Positions 53,004-62,452 of a stretch of DNA of 62,514 bases are shown piece after piece (the first letter of the stretch is position 1; every line of letters starts with the position of its first letter). Made by a program: the position numbers and the translations under genes. This stretch comes from Minisyncoccota bacterium. Its GTDB lineage: Bacteria; Patescibacteriota; Microgenomatia; UBA1400; PJMF01. Location of the stretch: positions 1 to 62,514 of the forward strand of contig VFLK01000008.1 of NCBI GenBank assembly GCA_009885085.1. Reading direction: 5' to 3'. The notes under the pieces are model-generated. The model had not been told where the DNA came from. It made no database searches and saw only the letters and a program-made list of their open reading frames with translations.

Positions 53004-53278
53004 TTTCTGTTTTCTTATTAAGTATTTATTATATTAATATTTAGTAGTTTTAGTAGTAGGGCAGACCAGAAATGTGGAGAAGACTCATTGTCTGATCAAG
53101 TTGTGTACTGTGAATTCTATGTGTAATCATCAGTATTAGCAATGTTAATAATCGTTGTGAATTATTGTGTATTTGTTATTAACAATTCTTAGTTATTAAC
53201 AAAGATGATTTTTAATCCACAATGATTCACATATCTATGCACTGTTTATACACACAATTGTTCACAATTGTTGATAAC
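53004..53278. other. Candidate oriC: DnaA-box cluster plus AT-rich stretch between dnaA and dnaN
   Basis: One-mismatch boxes: TGTGGAGAA 53073-53081, TAATCCACA 53213-53221, TTATACACA 53246-53254. Two-mismatch boxes: TGATTCACA 53223-53231, TTGTTCACA 53258-53266. TGTTGATAACT 53269-53279. AT-rich 53005-53060. Confidence 0.7.
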
Positions 53279-54847
53279 TCAGTGAGAAGTCAACGAAAGC
53301 GTTGTTCTAAGGGCAGATACATCGCGCATAATTAGATCGTTTGTTTTCAAGTCTTTTTCAACTTTTCTCACGGCATGCAACACGCTAGTATGATCTCTAC
53401 CAGAGAACCAACGGCCTATTTCTGCCAACGGAAGATTAAGCTCATTTTTTAATAGATACATTGCAATGTGGCGTGCAATTACAAGAGATTTAACTCTTCT
53501 TTTTCCCTTCAAAGCCGTCTGTTTCAGTCTATAGTGATTTGCAACAGTTTTAATAATCTCCGACGGCGAAGTATTGATGCTCGGTCTTTTTTCGACTATT
53601 TCTGTATCTAGAAGGGAGTTAATCAGTTCTTCACTAATAAATTTTCCCTTAAGTTCTACCTCAGATCTAATACTAGTGATAACACCTTCAATCTTTCTAG
53701 CGCTCTCAACTCTTGAAGCAATGGTCTTGGCTATATCGATTGGGATTGAAAGACCGGCGGCCTTTGATTTAACAAGAAGAATCGCTGTTCTTAACTCGAA
53801 TGACGGTATTTGAATATCAATCATTAATCCTGCTTCAAATCTAGATCTCAATCTGTCTTCCAGGAGATTCATCTCGTGTGGCGGTCTATCAGAGGTAAGT
53901 ACAATTTGTCCCTGTTGCTTACTTAGGGCATTAAAGGTGTGAAAAAATTCTTCCTGGACGGCGTTCTTTCCAGCTATAAACTGAATGTCATCAATCAATA
54001 GAACATCGGCGTTCCTAAACTTTGATTTAAAAAGATTAGTATTCTTTTTTTGAATGGATTGAACAATCTCATTGGTAAATTCTTCTCCGGTGCAATAAAT
54101 AATTTTTTTATTGGGATCATTTTTAATAATATTACTTCCAATAGCGTGCATTAAATGGGTTTTTCCAACACCAACGCCGCCATAAAGGAATAGAGGATTA
54201 TACGCAGTTCCTGGCCTATTTGAGACCGCTGTCGCTGCTGCATGAGCCATTTCGTTTGTTGTTGAGACGGCAAACGTCTCAAAAGTATAATCTTTTCTAA
54301 GGCCGACAGCTCTTATTAGAGCCGCGGTCCTATCTTCTGATGCAGACGTTAGGATACTTTCTGAAAACAAATCTTCAACCCTTGGTGACTGATTGTTGAA
54401 GCCAGAAGAGCTAGACAAATTTTGAGACTCTTCAAAGAAAGAATCTGAGGATCTACTGCTCTCAAGAGAATTTTGTTTTAATTCCGGATTTATAGTCTTT
54501 CCAACTGTCGAAAAACCAGATTGTATAGGTCCTCCAGATCTACCTGACGCTGGAGAAAACGAGACGGATCCAACAACATATTGTATTTCACAGACTTTTC
54601 CTGTGGCCTTATCCAGTGATTGCTTAATCTGGAGATGAAGGTTTTTTTTGAGGTTTGTAGAGTGGAAGGCTGTGGGGCTAGTTATTGTGGCCAAACATCG
54701 GTTATCTTCTAGATAATCCAAGGTTGAAACTGGGTTAGATACAATCCAAGTATTATAGACCGCAGGAGATAACTGAATTTGTAGCTGAGCACAGGCTTGA
54801 TCCCAAATATGTTTTACTTCACTAGAAGGCACATTACCAATTTGCAT
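53279..54847 (-). CDS. dnaA: Chromosomal replication initiator DnaA with long Ser-rich domain II
   Basis: Walker A 'GGVGVGKTHL', 'LLIDDIQF', and C-terminal DNA-binding 'GRDHTSVLHAVRKV'. Confidence 0.95.
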   Translation of the reverse strand: MQIGNVPSSEVKHIWDQACAQLQIQLSPAVYNTWIVSNPVSTLDYLEDNRCLATITSPTAFHSTNLKKNLHLQIKQSLDKATGKVCEIQYVVGSVSFSPASGRSGGPIQSGFSTVGKTINPELKQNSLESSRSSDSFFEESQNLSSSSGFNNQSPRVEDLFSESILTSASEDRTAALIRAVGLRKDYTFETFAVSTTNEMAHAAATAVSNRPGTAYNPLFLYGGVGVGKTHLMHAIGSNIIKNDPNKKIIYCTGEEFTNEIVQSIQKKNTNLFKSKFRNADVLLIDDIQFIAGKNAVQEEFFHTFNALSKQQGQIVLTSDRPPHEMNLLEDRLRSRFEAGLMIDIQIPSFELRTAILLVKSKAAGLSIPIDIAKTIASRVESARKIEGVITSIRSEVELKGKFISEELINSLLDTEIVEKRPSINTSPSEIIKTVANHYRLKQTALKGKRRVKSLVIARHIAMYLLKNELNLPLAEIGRWFSGRDHTSVLHAVRKVEKDLKTNDLIMRDVSALRTTLSLTSH

Positions 54848-54915
54848 AGTATTCTTTGATTAAAACTTCTTGGGCAGAAAATACATTATTAGAACAAACC
54901 TATTTATACACAAAG

Positions 54916-54924
54916 TTATCCACA
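54916..54924 (+). promoter_or_regulatory. Perfect DnaA box TTATCCACA upstream of dnaA
   Basis: Exact 9-mer. The extended TTATCCACAATT is identical to the site at 15818. Confidence 0.7.
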
Positions 54925-54965
54925 ATTAACAATAGGAAAAAAAGACCGATCTATTGGAGAGTAGA

Positions 54966-57008
54966 TCAAGTGGACGGCGGAGTGTAGGTATCAATTGAAT
55001 ATAAAGATGTGGCGGTTTTCATATTACTATCGTCACTACTTTGTTTGTTTTCTCTTGTGTCTGCTTCTTCGAATTGCTTCATTATTTCTTCTTTTTTCTT
55101 TTTTTCTTCATCTGTCTCATAGCCATTGTCCGCCACAGATTCTTGTCTGAGAACAGAGTTACTACCAGGCATATTTGACACCTTAACATTTGTTCTTTTG
55201 GCAATCTCTTCAGGGTTGGTAGTGATAACTTGATGTTCTTCGTCTGAAGCAACAACTCTCAAAGCGACATGATTCTGTCCAGCAAAGAAAATTCCTTCTC
55301 CAACATCGGAAGAAACCAAAAGTTGTCTTTCTCCTTGAGAGAGATAAAATGTCTCAGCAAGAATCGGAACTGAAGCCGTTGACTGTTTCATTAAAAACTG
55401 AATCGAAGCATTTGTAACAATTGCTCTTCCATAATCATTATGTAAAAAGTCTTCGACGTCTTGAGTAATTGTTGTAACCCCAAGATAATATTTTCTAGCT
55501 CTTTTGACCATAGAATGTAGAAATGAAGCAGAATCTGGACTCTTCATAAAATACCAGGCTTCGTCAACAACAAGAATTCTTTTTTTGAGATCTTTTTTAA
55601 CTCTAGTCCAGATAAAATCCAAAATAACATACATAGCGACCGGTCTAATAGACTCTTCCATTTCTTTAACTGAAAAAATAGTCAGTTGATTTTTAATATC
55701 GAAGTTTGATTTTTGATCGAAAATACCTCTAAAAGAACCAACAATATATTTTTCTAGTCTGGCGGAAATGTCGTCGGCGTCTGAAGATTCCATACCGATC
55801 AAGGCCTTGTAAACGTCCTCCATTAATGGTGGTTCGTTTGTTTGAGTGGCTGGATCAGGAGTAATGCCCTTGGCTTTGTAAGCGGCGACCAAAGCTCTGT
55901 CTAATAATGCATCTTGTTGAGGAGTCATTTCGCCCAACATAACTTTTAGCAAACCGTGTAAGGAAATAATTTTTTGTCCAAGTTCATTTTCGCCTTCTTC
56001 ATAAAGATTAGAGAGATCAAAAGGATTCAATTTTGTTTTAGATCCGAAAGTAAAATTAATATATTCTCCGCCAGCTGCTCCAGATAAATCCTCATATTCG
56101 TGCTCTGGATCTAGAACTAGAACTTCTGTTCCAAACATCAGCTGACGCAAAATCTCCAATTTAACAGTATAGGATTTTCCAGCTCCAGATTTTGCAAAAA
56201 TCACCATGTTGGCATTTTCCATCTTAAATCTGTCAAAGATAACAAGCGAATCATTGTGTTCGTTAATTCCATAAATGATTCCTGTTTCCATTGTCAATTC
56301 ACTAGAAGTAAACGGAAAAGTAGTTGCCAAAGAAGTTGTATCCATGTTTCTGGTAACTTTTAGTTTGTCTGTTCCCATCGGAAGGGTGGTCTTAAAACCT
56401 TCGTCCATCTGAAGAGTGGCCTTTTTAGAAACAATCAAAAGCGATCCTAGAGCCGACTGAATACTTTTGGTAATTTTGTCTAGTTCTTCTCTTGTTTCTG
56501 TTTGAATTGTTACATAAAGCCCAAATTGAAAAAATCTCTCAGATCCCTTGGCAAGTTCTTCTCTAATAAACCTGGCATCTTCAAGTTTGATTTCAGTATT
56601 AATGTTACTGATTTTTCCAGATCTTAAGTCAGACTGAATTTCAGCCTCCATTTCGGTTATTTTTCTCTTCAGGTTGTCGAGAATCTCTCCAGAATCGACT
56701 GGATAAATAAACATAGCGACACTCATTTGATGAGGATAGTTGATCAGCGGTGAAAGCCAGTTTGCTGGAACTGATCTCGGATATCCAGCTATAAAGATGG
56801 TTCTAGTATAGGTAGAATTAATTTTCTGAAAAGTAAAATCAACCTCGATTGCCTCTGGAGCAATGATATCTTGAATCGTGACAAGGCCTCTTGAAAATTC
56901 TTGCAATCTTTCCAAATCTTTTTGATCTTGGTTTGGAGTAAGACCGGAAGCGTTCTTGCTATTTTCTTTCTTTTTAAAAAATGGTAGTGAACTCAAGATG
57001 CCTGGCAT
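54966..57008 (-). CDS. VirB4/TrbE-family type IV secretion ATPase
   Basis: 680 aa. N-terminal VirB4-type domain. Walker A 'FAKSGAGKSY'. Walker B 'ILVVDEAWYF'. 'ARKYYLGVTTITQ'. Confidence 0.85.
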   Translation of the reverse strand: MPGILSSLPFFKKKENSKNASGLTPNQDQKDLERLQEFSRGLVTIQDIIAPEAIEVDFTFQKINSTYTRTIFIAGYPRSVPANWLSPLINYPHQMSVAMFIYPVDSGEILDNLKRKITEMEAEIQSDLRSGKISNINTEIKLEDARFIREELAKGSERFFQFGLYVTIQTETREELDKITKSIQSALGSLLIVSKKATLQMDEGFKTTLPMGTDKLKVTRNMDTTSLATTFPFTSSELTMETGIIYGINEHNDSLVIFDRFKMENANMVIFAKSGAGKSYTVKLEILRQLMFGTEVLVLDPEHEYEDLSGAAGGEYINFTFGSKTKLNPFDLSNLYEEGENELGQKIISLHGLLKVMLGEMTPQQDALLDRALVAAYKAKGITPDPATQTNEPPLMEDVYKALIGMESSDADDISARLEKYIVGSFRGIFDQKSNFDIKNQLTIFSVKEMEESIRPVAMYVILDFIWTRVKKDLKKRILVVDEAWYFMKSPDSASFLHSMVKRARKYYLGVTTITQDVEDFLHNDYGRAIVTNASIQFLMKQSTASVPILAETFYLSQGERQLLVSSDVGEGIFFAGQNHVALRVVASDEEHQVITTNPEEIAKRTNVKVSNMPGSNSVLRQESVADNGYETDEEKKKKEEIMKQFEEADTRENKQSSDDSNMKTATSLYSIDTYTPPST

Positions 57009-57901
57009 TATTGTTGTCCTTCGCTATTATTCTGGGAGAGGGAGGTTGTTGAATTTTCTTCGACATTCGGTACTAATTCTGGCTCAGTAATAACACTTGT
57101 GATGGTTTCATTTTCCATGACTGTTGAATTAGAAAGTACGGGGCTATTTGAGTTTTCTGAGGATTGAGGGATTGCCTGGGATTGGTTAGCAGTTGGCAAA
57201 GCACCGTTCATATTGCTGCCTTCAACTCGAGCATTGACTAGTGGCGTGGTATAGCTACTGCTATCTGCAATTTGCTGTCCCTCTTGAGCCTCCGGGTTAT
57301 AGCTTAAGTAGAAGAGTTGAATCACTTCTTGTGTTTCTAGCTGTCTAGAATAAAGTCCAATTCTAGCAAACTGCGCAATTAAGTGATCTCTCTTGGGCTC
57401 TAAAAGATTTTTTGCTTTTTCAATAATAATATTGCGGTCAATGGAAGTTATGTTAATGGTGCCTTTTCCAGGTAAAACACTTGACGCCGCCAATATTCCC
57501 AATTCTACGGGAGCGGCAGGAATAACTACAAAAAACTTTTTATCCAGAACATTTCTCTCGCGAATGAGTTCACCAACAAATTCTCTATATCGTTGAATTC
57601 TTTTTTGTTTACTTCTATCTTGGGTTTCAGCTTCCTGATCTTTTAGAAGCTGAAGATAGCTGGTGACGTCTTTTGTTTGGGATCTAATTAAAATCTGAAT
57701 AGGGTAGTTAATAGAGTTTAAAAGACCGGCATATGCATACATGATACTATCTTGTTCTTCTTCAGCCAAAAGACTAAAATTCATTGCATCAACGGCAATA
57801 ATTATTGATGCGGTGCCATCTTTCATAATGACAAAGTTGTTGGTGATGTCAAAAATATCTAAAAATTGTTGCGTGGTGGAGTCAGTTGTTGTGCTGGGCA
57901 T
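57008..57901 (-). CDS. Hypothetical T4SS-associated protein resembling a stand-alone VirB4 N-terminal domain
   Basis: 'FLDIFDITNNFVIMKDGTASIIIAVDAMNFSLLAEEEQDSIMYAYAGLLNSINYPIQILI' follows the VirB4-N pattern. Its stop overlaps the virB4-like start (TAATG). Confidence 0.4.
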   Translation of the reverse strand: MPSTTTDSTTQQFLDIFDITNNFVIMKDGTASIIIAVDAMNFSLLAEEEQDSIMYAYAGLLNSINYPIQILIRSQTKDVTSYLQLLKDQEAETQDRSKQKRIQRYREFVGELIRERNVLDKKFFVVIPAAPVELGILAASSVLPGKGTINITSIDRNIIIEKAKNLLEPKRDHLIAQFARIGLYSRQLETQEVIQLFYLSYNPEAQEGQQIADSSSYTTPLVNARVEGSNMNGALPTANQSQAIPQSSENSNSPVLSNSTVMENETITSVITEPELVPNVEENSTTSLSQNNSEGQQ

Positions 57902-57934
57902 TCTGTATAGTTTATCTCTTTTTACGATTTAATT

Positions 57935-59107
57935 CTAGTTTTCACTTCTAATTTCTATTGGTTGGATGATTGATCCGTCTATTTCTATTCTCATTGGTTG
58001 AAAAACATATCCTTCTTTTTCAATAACAACGTTGTATTCCCCCTCATTTAGTGGAGTTGTAATAAAAAATTGTCCAAGCGCGTTGGTTTTAACCGCTCTT
58101 TCGATGCCTCCCTCCAGTGTTTGAACTTCAACAATTGAGTCTGACAATAGATCGTTATTTTTGCTCAATATCATGCCGACAAGTTTATTTGGTTGTGATG
58201 GCTTAATTGGAAATGGTAAATTTGAGTTAAAACTAACATCTTTTGTAACATCGAGATTCGTAGCAGAGGGCAACTGATCTTTAATGTACGCCTTTTCACT
58301 AGAATCCGATGAAGAAGCGCCTATCATCTCCATCTCTTTTATTTCTTCATCAGAAGTTAGTTTGATAGATCCTTCTTCAGGAACTTCAATATCTTGAGCA
58401 ACCTGATCATTTGAAAGGGCTGATTTCTTAAAACTTTCATTTTCTTTTGCAGCTTCTTGCTTTGTTTCAAACATCGAAGCTGGCTCCAAATAGTCTTCAT
58501 TTACTGGTAGCTCTTCACCGTCATCATTTTTTTTAGGAGCTCTCATACTTCTTATTCTTATTTCAAGTTTTGGTTTCTCTTTATTGGTTTTACTAACAGC
58601 GGTTACTTTGGTAGCGGTCTTTACACTGTCAAAGCTAGCAAGGATGTCATTAATTCTTGAAGATTCTTCTTCAGATAGGTCTGCTGAGAACGAACTTACT
58701 TCCGGGACAGATCCTAGATATTCTTTAATTCTTTGACGCTTAGCTGGTGTTAGGTCAATTTCCGGCTCTTGAATTATTGTAGATGTTTGACTTTGAAATA
58801 AAAAATATTCTGGAACTGAGTTCTCTCTTCTCCAGAAAAACTTAGTTGGTTTATACATCACCTTGGCAAAGGTGCCCACCCAGTGAGTTAGAGGTTTCTC
58901 TTGAATTGGTACAAAGGCAGCGACTATTCCTAAAATTATTGTTACTATTATTAGTGGCCATTTAACAATGGCTAAAAGGTTGGTGTTGTAAATTATTACC
59001 GCAATTATGACGCTAAGCAAGACTTCCCCAAATTGTTTAAGGGTCATGCTTCCAACAATGTGAAATCTGTAGCCGGTGATATCCTGCGGAATAGGATGCT
59101 GTTGCAT
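57935..59107 (-). CDS. PrgI-family (VirB3-like) membrane protein fused to a C-terminal carboxypeptidase-regulatory-like domain
   Basis: 'HPIPQDITGYRFHIVGSMTLKQFGEVLLSVIIAVIIY' is the PrgI-family start with 2 TM helices. C-terminal 'VEVQTLEGG..KTNALGQFFITTPLNEGEYNVVIEKEGYVF'. Confidence 0.6.
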   Translation of the reverse strand: MQQHPIPQDITGYRFHIVGSMTLKQFGEVLLSVIIAVIIYNTNLLAIVKWPLIIVTIILGIVAAFVPIQEKPLTHWVGTFAKVMYKPTKFFWRRENSVPEYFLFQSQTSTIIQEPEIDLTPAKRQRIKEYLGSVPEVSSFSADLSEEESSRINDILASFDSVKTATKVTAVSKTNKEKPKLEIRIRSMRAPKKNDDGEELPVNEDYLEPASMFETKQEAAKENESFKKSALSNDQVAQDIEVPEEGSIKLTSDEEIKEMEMIGASSSDSSEKAYIKDQLPSATNLDVTKDVSFNSNLPFPIKPSQPNKLVGMILSKNNDLLSDSIVEVQTLEGGIERAVKTNALGQFFITTPLNEGEYNVVIEKEGYVFQPMRIEIDGSIIQPIEIRSEN

Positions 59108-59191
59108 AAGTATGGGACAGTAAATACTTTGGTTTGGTTATTTTTATAGCCGTTTTAATAATAGCATTTCTAAGTGGAATGATCTAATGGT

Positions 59192-59779
59192 TCAAAAAGC
59201 TTCGGGTCCATTTTCTTCTACAGTTAGTTCTTTTCCCCAAGAACTCATAAATTTATCTTCAGTGGTTGGCTCAAAACTCCAAATTGCTTGAACAGTTCCG
59301 TCTTTGATGTGGGCGAAAACCACTAGTCCGGCATTTAAAAAGACGTTTGCTTTGACCGAGTCGCTAATCTTTACATAGCTCAGAACAAGTTGTGGCTGCC
59401 CAAACTCAGTAATATATGATTTTAAGGTGTGATTTTGATTAAACGAGAGTCGCTCAGAAACAAATAAAACAATGTTTTGGTCTGACACCACTACTTTTGT
59501 ATTGTGAGTTGGAAATTCAGATTTATAACTATATTCTGTTCCAAACTCAGTTTTTTTGACTTCTAACGGAGTTCCAAAATTATTTTGAATACTCTGGGTA
59601 AATTCAAAGCCGGGAGTAGCTTCTTTTTGAGTGTTTACCTGGGTCGGAACAACCTCTTTAGTAGCAATATTAAAGGTCATAGAAGAAATTATAATTGTTA
59701 CGGCAACAACTATAAAAATAATCAGCCAATTTCTGTCTGTTTTTGATGGTTGATTAGAAAATTGATTCATATTTTGCAT
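59192..59779 (-). CDS. Hypothetical membrane-anchored protein in the T4SS-like module
   Basis: 195 aa. Single N-terminal TM 'WLIIFIVVAVTIIISSMTF', then a beta-rich soluble domain. Confidence 0.5.
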   Translation of the reverse strand: MQNMNQFSNQPSKTDRNWLIIFIVVAVTIIISSMTFNIATKEVVPTQVNTQKEATPGFEFTQSIQNNFGTPLEVKKTEFGTEYSYKSEFPTHNTKVVVSDQNIVLFVSERLSFNQNHTLKSYITEFGQPQLVLSYVKISDSVKANVFLNAGLVVFAHIKDGTVQAIWSFEPTTEDKFMSSWGKELTVEENGPEAF

Positions 59780-59800
59780 ATATTGGATATATCTATCTTA

Positions 59801-62452
59801 TCATTGATATTCTTGACCTCCAAAAATATTTTGTTTTATCCAGTCATATTCTCTTGGATAGTCGCTTTTAAAATTATATGGCCACGGATTAGATCCGTTC
59901 CAAATGCTATTTCCTACAAATCTATCGCCTGTTATGTAGAGTGAGATGCCTTCAGCGAAAGCTTCTCCATCGCCGCACATTTTAGGAATTGGGTAGGTAT
60001 AACAAGTGCTACTAGAAATAGTTGTGGCAAACTTTCCTAGTAAGTCAGTATTTCTTTCATCAATGATATGAGACGACTCATGAACGACCAAGTATTCCAT
60101 TTGGGCAGCATTTTGAAAGGCACCGCCATAAAGAATCATTGTATTGGGATCTTTTACCCAACCATAATAATCATCGGGATGAGGTGGTAATTTATATAAA
60201 GAAATTGGTCCATCGCCACATAGAAGGCCAGTCCAAGTACTGTTTGTCGCCAAGTCTGCTAGCCCTCCCTTAAAAAGATCTATTGACGCTTGATCCCATT
60301 CCAGAGAAGTTAGAGTGGCTGAGCCAGCATCTATGGAAGTGCCACCGGGCATAAGTTGAAAACAGGCTAAATCGCCCAGGATTAATCCTCCCATCGAGAG
60401 ATTTTTTGGCATTGGAACTAAAAAGGCGGCTTGGATTGTAAATATAGTGTGTATTGTAACGACCACGCCGACAAACATTGCGATACTAGGAGCAAGAAGA
60501 GCAATTGGCAGTCCAAAAAATATTCCACTTTGAGCGGCTATACTGTTTGCGTATGCGATCTTAGCTGCTGCGGTATTGCCGGCGGTATTGCTTGCAACAT
60601 TGCTTGCTAGGGCTGTGTTATTTATTGAAGCGTTAGTTGCGGCGCTTTTTCCTCCAAATAGAGTATTAAACAAGTTGCCTGGAGCTATTGCCTGGCCAAT
60701 ATTCGCTCCGACTATAACACCGGGAACAACTCCGATTGGTCCTCCAGCAGCAAAAAAACCAACAATTCCTCCAACGACGCCTCCAATTAAACCACCGATT
60801 GTGGAAAGCGCGTAAAGTGTTTTTGCAATTAGAAGCCCCAGAAGAGATCCGGAAATTGCCATGGTTCTCTTGAAGCCAATTGTTTTGCCAATTGTATATA
60901 AAATTGCACCACTTCCTGGAAGAATTACATTGGAAACTGCAGAGACACCTTTAAAAACCATTGAGGCAGCAGATTTGCTCAAAGATTTTGCCATTTTTTT
61001 AGAAGGGTTCAATTTATTTTTGTTTAGTCCAAGCCGACTTGATATGTTTTTATATGTTTTGGAACTTTTAATCTTTTCAGATAATCTTTTGATACTTTTG
61101 TTGTTACCGCCCGTTGCCGATAAGTTATTGTTCGTTATTTGCGAGTTACCACCGGTTGACGATAAGTTTGCTCTGCTAGGTTGTGCGTTGAAGACATTTT
61201 CCCAGATTCTTCTGTTCGGTTCGGATATTTCGTATCCAGTGTCCTGAATATGTTGATCCATTTCCATGATTTCTCTAGGAGAAAATCTGTCAAAAAAACC
61301 AGCTGGTGGATACCCTTCAAGTTCTTCTCCATTATTTATAAAATCTGCGAGAAGAAGGACTTGATCGGGCTCCATATTATAAAGATATGAGTCACTTATA
61401 AATTGACCATAAGCTTGTTCTGACTCGAGTTGATCCCCAACTTCAAAATATCCATTATTTTTTACGTTTTCATAATCGGCCAGAGCCGCTTCTTGTTCTT
61501 CGGCGGTTAATTTATCACTTCCTCTAATATTTTTGAAAGTTCTCAAAGTAGTTACATCAAAAAATAAAAATTCCGGTATAAATTGCAGAGGCATGTCTTT
61601 GTTAGCTGCATTAAACGGAATTCCAAATTTATTGTAAACAATTCTTTGTTCTTCTGGCTGTAAATTTTCCCACAATGGTATAAAAGATTTATATTGCTTG
61701 GTTATTTTATCTATTTTTTCTCTTCTTCTGCTACTTTCATTTTTTCCAGTTTTACCTTCAATTCCGCCCGCAACGGTTTCGGCGGAGTTCTTTTGAATTG
61801 CCGATCTTGTACTATCCATAAAATTATGTTGATCAGCGCCGATACTAGAATTTGAATCTACAGGCATCAGTCCTTTGGAAAGAGTGGCGTCTTGTATGTG
61901 AAAGGTTAACTCTGATGCTCGATAAACAGAGTAATTTATAATAGAGGTTCTAAATAACTCCATTTGTTCGTGGCTCAAATTATTTTCTAGACCAAAAATT
62001 ATTTTAAGTTTGTCGTCGCTCATACTCTCAATAATTTTAATGACATCGTGGTTGTTTTTTGCACCCTGGATGGCGATTATTTCGCCATTTTCATCTCGAA
62101 ACTCCTGATCAATTCCATACTGCAAAATCATCGCATCGAGCGTGTTCTGAACATTCTTGTTCAAGGCAGAGCTATCAGATCCGGTGGCGTCCTCAAGAGA
62201 AGCTTTCAGCAACTCAGTTGCGGAAATTTCTTTAGTAGCGGTGTTGCTAAATAAGGTATTATGAAATTCCTTAAATTTTTCTCGTTGTTCTGGTGTGAGA
62301 TTTTCGTAAGATTTTTTACTTGAAATTTCTGAATAAAAAATAGAAATTAAACCGGCGTTTTCGCTTGCAAACTTTGGATAAAATTTTAATAAAGCGTTTT
62401 GTCTTTTTGATGCGCTTCCAAGCATTAACAGGAGTTTCTCTTCTCCCATCAC
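59801..62452 (-). CDS. Large T4SS-module protein: soluble N-region, Gly-rich polytopic membrane core, C-terminal HExxH metallopeptidase-like domain. The 5' end may lie beyond the window.
   Basis: TM core 'LIGGVVGGIVGFFAAGGPIGVVPGVIVGANIG'. 'YLVVHESSHIIDE' with 'GEAFAEG' 35 aa downstream. The reading frame has no stop between 62453 and 62514. Confidence 0.7.
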   Translation of the reverse strand: MMGEEKLLLMLGSASKRQNALLKFYPKFASENAGLISIFYSEISSKKSYENLTPEQREKFKEFHNTLFSNTATKEISATELLKASLEDATGSDSSALNKNVQNTLDAMILQYGIDQEFRDENGEIIAIQGAKNNHDVIKIIESMSDDKLKIIFGLENNLSHEQMELFRTSIINYSVYRASELTFHIQDATLSKGLMPVDSNSSIGADQHNFMDSTRSAIQKNSAETVAGGIEGKTGKNESSRRREKIDKITKQYKSFIPLWENLQPEEQRIVYNKFGIPFNAANKDMPLQFIPEFLFFDVTTLRTFKNIRGSDKLTAEEQEAALADYENVKNNGYFEVGDQLESEQAYGQFISDSYLYNMEPDQVLLLADFINNGEELEGYPPAGFFDRFSPREIMEMDQHIQDTGYEISEPNRRIWENVFNAQPSRANLSSTGGNSQITNNNLSATGGNNKSIKRLSEKIKSSKTYKNISSRLGLNKNKLNPSKKMAKSLSKSAASMVFKGVSAVSNVILPGSGAILYTIGKTIGFKRTMAISGSLLGLLIAKTLYALSTIGGLIGGVVGGIVGFFAAGGPIGVVPGVIVGANIGQAIAPGNLFNTLFGGKSAATNASINNTALASNVASNTAGNTAAAKIAYANSIAAQSGIFFGLPIALLAPSIAMFVGVVVTIHTIFTIQAAFLVPMPKNLSMGGLILGDLACFQLMPGGTSIDAGSATLTSLEWDQASIDLFKGGLADLATNSTWTGLLCGDGPISLYKLPPHPDDYYGWVKDPNTMILYGGAFQNAAQMEYLVVHESSHIIDERNTDLLGKFATTISSSTCYTYPIPKMCGDGEAFAEGISLYITGDRFVGNSIWNGSNPWPYNFKSDYPREYDWIKQNIFGGQEYQ

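Noticed and set aside
60576-61390. ORFs 60576-60815, 60861-61247, 61181-61390 (+) and 61135-61332 (-)
   Set aside because: They are nested in or antisense to the 883-aa T4SS-module gene. The Pro/Ala-rich one mirrors the Gly-rich TM core.
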